From: Phoronis australis
Taxonomy: Eukaryota > Animalia > Phoronida
Length of the DNA stretch: 64,000 nucleotides
Assembly (NCBI GenBank): GCA_002633005.1
Contig: NMRA01000186.1
Location: 413,479-477,478 of the forward strand
Direction of reading: 5' to 3'
Below are positions 60,401-64,000 of the stretch, in pieces (position 1 is the stretch's first letter; every line of letters begins with the position of its first letter). The notes under the pieces are model-generated. The model saw nothing but the letters and a program-made list of their open reading frames with translations, had not been told where the DNA came from and did no database searches. The position numbers and the translations under genes are program-made.

Positions 60401-63125
60401 GTCAGTAAAGAACAAGCTGAGACCAATTTTATAGTGGCAATAGTCACTTACAGAGGTTCCACGTACATTCTGAGAACCTATTTTCTCCACTGAATAACAG
60501 GCACCAAGAAGGCCTTCATGCAGCGTACGTCCAAATGGACACCCTAGCATTAATCTGGATGCCCTGGCAAGGACGCCCGATGTATCATTTGGACGCCCTG
60601 TCAATCAGAATTTCTCCTTTGGACACCCACATTGTAAGATTACTAGGACACCCCAGTTAATGAAAGAGAGAAGTCGTGCCTTTCAACTCAGTAGTAAAAT
60701 GTTACAATGTTCAAACTATTTTCAAAGTATTTAGTAGACCTGTCAATCATAAGCAGGTTTGGTTGCCAGAGTGTCTCTGCCATAGACATCTTAGCATCAT
60801 CTGTGCATTTTTCTTGTGTTGGTTACCGCAGCTTCGATGACTCATTGTACATAATAAAAGCTAATTAAGATGATATGATAAACTTTATAACAGCAATTTC
60901 CACTCATCATTCAACCAAAATCCGTAATATCTGTAATACCTGTTTGGTTAGCTATTTGGCTGTTTTCGTAAATTTTGACATAAAAATCTTGATCCACACA
61001 GTTTTTTAGTAAAATGAACACAACATGAGAGCTGTTTTTGTAAACTTACATGTAAAATTCTTGTTCAATGCATTTTTTGTAAAAAACCTCTCTGTGTGTG
61101 GGGGGAGGGGGTTACTGGTGATGGTGAACGGTGGTGGGGAGTGGGGGTAATGCGTTGTTGAAATCATGGACGCCCTGGAATATTGGGAACCCCATTTTGA
61201 AACCCTATTTTCAAAATCCTGGATAAAGCCCTGACGCCAAGCGAATTCCCATAGCGGCAAAGTGGCAGCAGCACCATGCCCCTAGCTAGCTCAAAACTAC
61301 ATGTTGTCACCAGATTTTGTCCCAGTGTGAGACTGAGTATAGTTTTAGATTCAAAAATCATGACCAAGCATGGTTCAAATTGGGCTCAATTGCACACTAC
61401 ACAAACAAGCTTTTACAGAATTCCATTTTGTACACCCAAATACAGTGATTCATGTCAGCATTGAGTCTCATTAGGAGACAGTCAGACTAGTAAACTTTTG
61501 GAGCAGTGAACCTAGACAGTACCACCATCTTAACTGGCCCTAGAAGAGACGATAACAATCCCAGATCACCATACACTGGAAGCTTTTTAGCGAATTGACT
61601 TGGACTGATTGAACTACCAAAGTCATGTTACTGTAAATTACTTGTGAGTAATAGAGGGCCGTCATTCCAGCTGGCATGCGTAGTGTAAAAATGATCAGTT
61701 ACAAATTTGGGCAACTGAATATTAAGCTCTTTGACGTTTAACTGTGGGAGTATTTATTCAAGCTGGGAAGAGTTAAATAAATCAAGTCTCCTAAGGTGTC
61801 CCTCTATCTATAGGCTATGTAGAATTTACAGCAACATGACTCTGGTGGTTTAATCAGTGCGCGGCATAATTCTTTGAAAAGTCTCCGGTATACCCTACCT
61901 CTGACTCTGAGACTGAGATGTATACTCGGGAACCCAATGGTCGTCCGCCTAAGCATAAACCGACTTGCTGTTGTACTCACCGAATTATTCCACTTCAAAG
62001 TTATGATCTGAATAGGATTCGATTTAACTCTCACAGATATACCGCATTCATCGATTCGGAAGTTTTCTTTAATTTGTGCCGAGTTATTTCAAATGTGCAC
62101 TGCCTTCGGCAGCCATTTTATTGTGACACCTAAGTTCGTCATATGCTGCCCCCTTTTGTAAAAACTGAGAAACATGCAGAAAAAGGCCAACGAAGTAATG
62201 AAAATTGCAACAGCCTGTTTTTATTGACATAAACTCGATTTGAAGCTTTGATGTTGAGCTCTGCACTGTGGTTTCCAATAAAAGCCAATTGGACAACATT
62301 TCAATGCAGTTTAATGGTGAATGCGTGAGGCAAAAATGTTAAGAACCCAGCGTATCGCATTTGTCTGCGGATTTTTCCTTTGGCCTTCTAGATCCTACTA
62401 GTGCCTGGGACAAACAGATACATTGCATAAACAAACCCTGGATCATGTTTTGTGTCCCGTCGGAAGAAAATTTAAATTCGAAAACATCTTCTGAAAACGC
62501 ACAAAAAAGTGTATTAGTAAAATCTACTGATTTTTAAGTGGTTTTAAAAAACAATCGGTAAACTCACCGATTTTTGTCTCATTACTTTGATACGTGTCTC
62601 TTCCGATAAGTTAGTACCTAACGTGCACACGAGCACTCCAAATTGGAACGCTAAGTCCCGCGTGGTTGCGCTGCACGCGAAACAAGATGGCGGACGACCT
62701 TTGGAGCCTGACGACAATAGGTAACCGGACTATATTTATATTGTGACTCGGGACTTATGGGTGTGTTATACAACCAACCAAAATTGACTGCAAATTCTCT
62801 ACTGGGGCAAGTTGAGACGGTGGTCACTGTCTATTGCCAGTTGGGACTTGTCCTGGGGCATCCGCTGGCTGCTCCATCATTGCACTGGGACTGAGACTGT
62901 GACTGAGTGTGACTGTGTCTGTGAGTGTGAGTGACACACTCTAGACTCTAACTTCTAAGTCTAAGTCTAGACTACTAGTAATAGTATCAGTCTCAGGACT
63001 CTCAGGCCCGTGCTTACCAACTGTACAAACTCAATTTCCGCAAATATTGGCGAAAGAAAGCTCATCACAACCGAAAGTAATATGTTAAACAAATGCAATT
63101 GCCCGCATATCGAAAATGTACACAT
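45319..63125 (-). CDS. Transmembrane histidine acid phosphatase (lysosomal/prostatic ACP2/ACP3-like), 11 exons: 63018-63125, 58147-58242, 56275-56361, 55718-55870, 54553-54651, 53489-53575, 52500-52623, 50230-50321, 49393-49570, 46385-46489, 45319-45437 (415 aa)
   Basis: Signal peptide, [53 protein letters not shown]...CPL, then a C-terminal TM helix and basic tail. All intron phases match. The exact paralogue cannot be assigned. Confidence 0.93.
46089..46248. repeat. 51-bp tandem repeat x3
   Basis: Unit ATTTCACAACCATGGACATGAGTGCGATGTATGAAGATACCCAGTGCCAGC. Confidence 0.95.
46385..46489 (-). CDS. Acid phosphatase exon 10
   Basis: [16 protein letters not shown]...C. Confidence 0.9.
46930..47170 (+). 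mobile_element. tRNA-derived SINE
   Basis: A-box-like TGGCCTAGTG, B-box-like GTTCGAAAC, and a body shared with 53165-53392. Confidence 0.65.
47592..49230. mobile_element. Kolobok-type non-autonomous DNA transposon, full length
   Basis: TTAA on both sides (47588-47591, 49231-49234) and perfect 15-bp TIRs AGGAGAATGCCACCC. Purine-purine termini with a TTAA target indicate Kolobok rather than piggyBac. Confidence 0.8.
49393..49570 (-). CDS. Acid phosphatase exon 9 (HD motif)
   Basis: [12 protein letters not shown]...[12 protein letters not shown]...LTLPG. Confidence 0.93.
50230..50321 (-). CDS. Acid phosphatase exon 8
   Basis: GVLINNIT...KMIMYSA; GTAAGT donor. Confidence 0.92.
50675..52185 (-). 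mobile_element. Degenerate HINE copy in phosphatase intron 7
   Basis: GCGTTGAAATGCCCCCAC at one end, ATAAATGTGGGCAG at the other, and repeated GCCACTAGG motifs. Confidence 0.7.
52500..52623 (-). CDS. Acid phosphatase exon 7
   Basis: [11 protein letters not shown]...MKKIRAG; phase 0/1. Confidence 0.88.
53165..53392 (+). mobile_element. tRNA-derived SINE, second copy
   Basis: GATTCGAGTC B-box-like; shares AGCTCCTCAG.TCAGTTTTAA and GAGCGGCCTGCGCA with the 46930 copy. Confidence 0.65.
53489..53575 (-). CDS. Acid phosphatase exon 6
   Basis: [11 protein letters not shown]...VYDALFCQ. Confidence 0.9.
53760..54190. repeat. Fold-back (long inverted-repeat) element
   Basis: ACAGGGGTACC...GGTACCCCTGT with imperfect arms ~200 bp long. 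Confidence 0.65.
54553..54651 (-). CDS. Acid phosphatase exon 5
   Basis: [15 protein letters not shown]...KTNW. Confidence 0.88.
55718..55870 (-). CDS. Acid phosphatase exon 4
   Basis: [25 protein letters not shown]...WQPIPVHT. Confidence 0.95.
56275..56361 (-). CDS. Acid phosphatase exon 3
   Basis: [17 protein letters not shown]...; GTGAGT donor. Confidence 0.93.
56634..57218. repeat. 48-bp minisatellite (~12 copies)
   Basis: Unit CAGCAGTACACTACTGCTGGAGACCAGGTCCAACAAATTGAATTGTCA. Confidence 0.95.
58147..58242 (-). CDS. Acid phosphatase exon 2 (catalytic RHG motif)
   Basis: [32 protein letters not shown]. Confidence 0.93.
58624..58985 (+). mobile_element. 5'-truncated RNase H-bearing (I-group) non-LTR retrotransposon
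   Basis: 13-bp direct repeat CAATTAGTGGCAG at 58611 and 58986; open frame begins [16 protein letters not shown] (RNase H motif); (CAGAAA)n tail. Confidence 0.7.
59445..59600. repeat. Palindromic MITE-like hairpin
   Basis: ATTATTACATG..AGTCATTATCCCCC..GTGGATTTTG.AGAATTATCAC is mirrored by GTGATAATTCT.CAAAATCCAC..GGGGGATAATGACT..CATGTAATAAT. Confidence 0.7.
59633..60205. repeat. 36-bp minisatellite spanning an assembly gap (N run 59971-60033)
   Basis: Unit TATAAAGTGGTTACCAGC(TT/CC)GCCTACCCTACATAAC. Confidence 0.95.
63018..63125 (-). CDS. Acid phosphatase exon 1 (signal peptide)
   Basis: [36 protein letters not shown] then a GTAAGC donor, phase 0 into LFRHG. Confidence 0.75.
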
Positions 63126-64000
63126 GGCATGTTGTGCACGACATCGACATCAGTAGTTCCTTTGAAAGCCGCAGCGATTACATCCGGTTATAGCATCCGA
63201 GAGAGGGAGTCTTTGAACGTCCCTCACTTGTCTCGTTCCCACATCAACGATACAATGTACTTCTAAGGATGGGGGTGAAACAATTCCCCTGGTACTTTGA
63301 AAACTGAGACCGCCACGATTAATCAGATGGCGATGCGGCAGCCGATTTCGATATCCATACGTCAAGTAGTCGGAAAATCAAACCTTTTAAAATCAGCTTT
63401 AAGTAAGAGCTCAGTATTGGCTATGACACGCCAGTTCCACTTGTCGCCGTTAGGTGTCAACAATCGACAATAACAATAATATTAAAACAGAAACAATAAC
63501 TCACGACAAACAAACTCTATAGAGTTCATGCCCATCATAGGGATCACGGCGAACATTTAATTGGTTTACACACTACACGTCGCAAACCCTTGCTTAGTCT
63601 CAAAATCACGCGCGTGAACTCGGGATGGAAATTGATTCCAAGTATACTCAGGATTCCAAATTCACGTACGACATCACGACAAGACGGCCATTTTATCTTT
63701 CCGCGAGGAAGTGTGATCGAAATATTTGCTATTTATTGCATTTTAGTAGGTAAATTTAGTAGTATTTGTTTAATTTACAAACAGAATTCATACTTTACCC
63801 CAGCTGTTTTTAATAGTTGTGTTTATCTGGAATTCGTTCCCCTCTTAACTTCAATTTTGTTTTTGTTGACCCTTGTCCTAGCCTAGGCAATGACCATCGC
63901 CTCTGACAGAGGCGATGGTTATTGCCAAGCCTTGCCAAGCCCATGGCATTAGTTTGGCCCGGTTGATCACGGCGTATGACGTACTTTGTGAGTTTGGCTG

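Overview
Eukaryotic, AT-rich, intron-rich animal DNA. The repeat repertoire looks like a marine invertebrate or lophotrochozoan, but the species cannot be fixed from the sequence. Three complete spliced genes were reconstructed by hand with phase-consistent splice sites. NOM1 (- strand, 15 coding exons, 33606->8494, ~865 aa) contains a U12-type minor intron. TACO1 (+ strand, 5 coding exons, 35976-42251, 328 aa) is head-to-head with NOM1. A transmembrane histidine acid phosphatase of the ACP2/ACP3 family (- strand, 11 exons, 63125->45319, 415 aa) is tail-to-tail with TACO1. Introns and intergenic DNA are packed with nested mobile elements: L1/Tx1-, CR1/L2- and I-group LINE relics, Kolobok-type TTAA elements, a mariner/pogo-type element carrying a HIRAN-like relic, Merlin/ISXO2 and THAP relics, hAT-type MITEs, tRNA-SINEs and minisatellites. 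The most striking signal is a Helentron/DINE-1-like (HINE) family present about 6 times. Its internal ~150-bp satellite (450-bp trimer) carries one co-oriented CTCF-consensus-like motif per monomer. Nearly all short ORFs in the supplied track are spurious or exon fragments.
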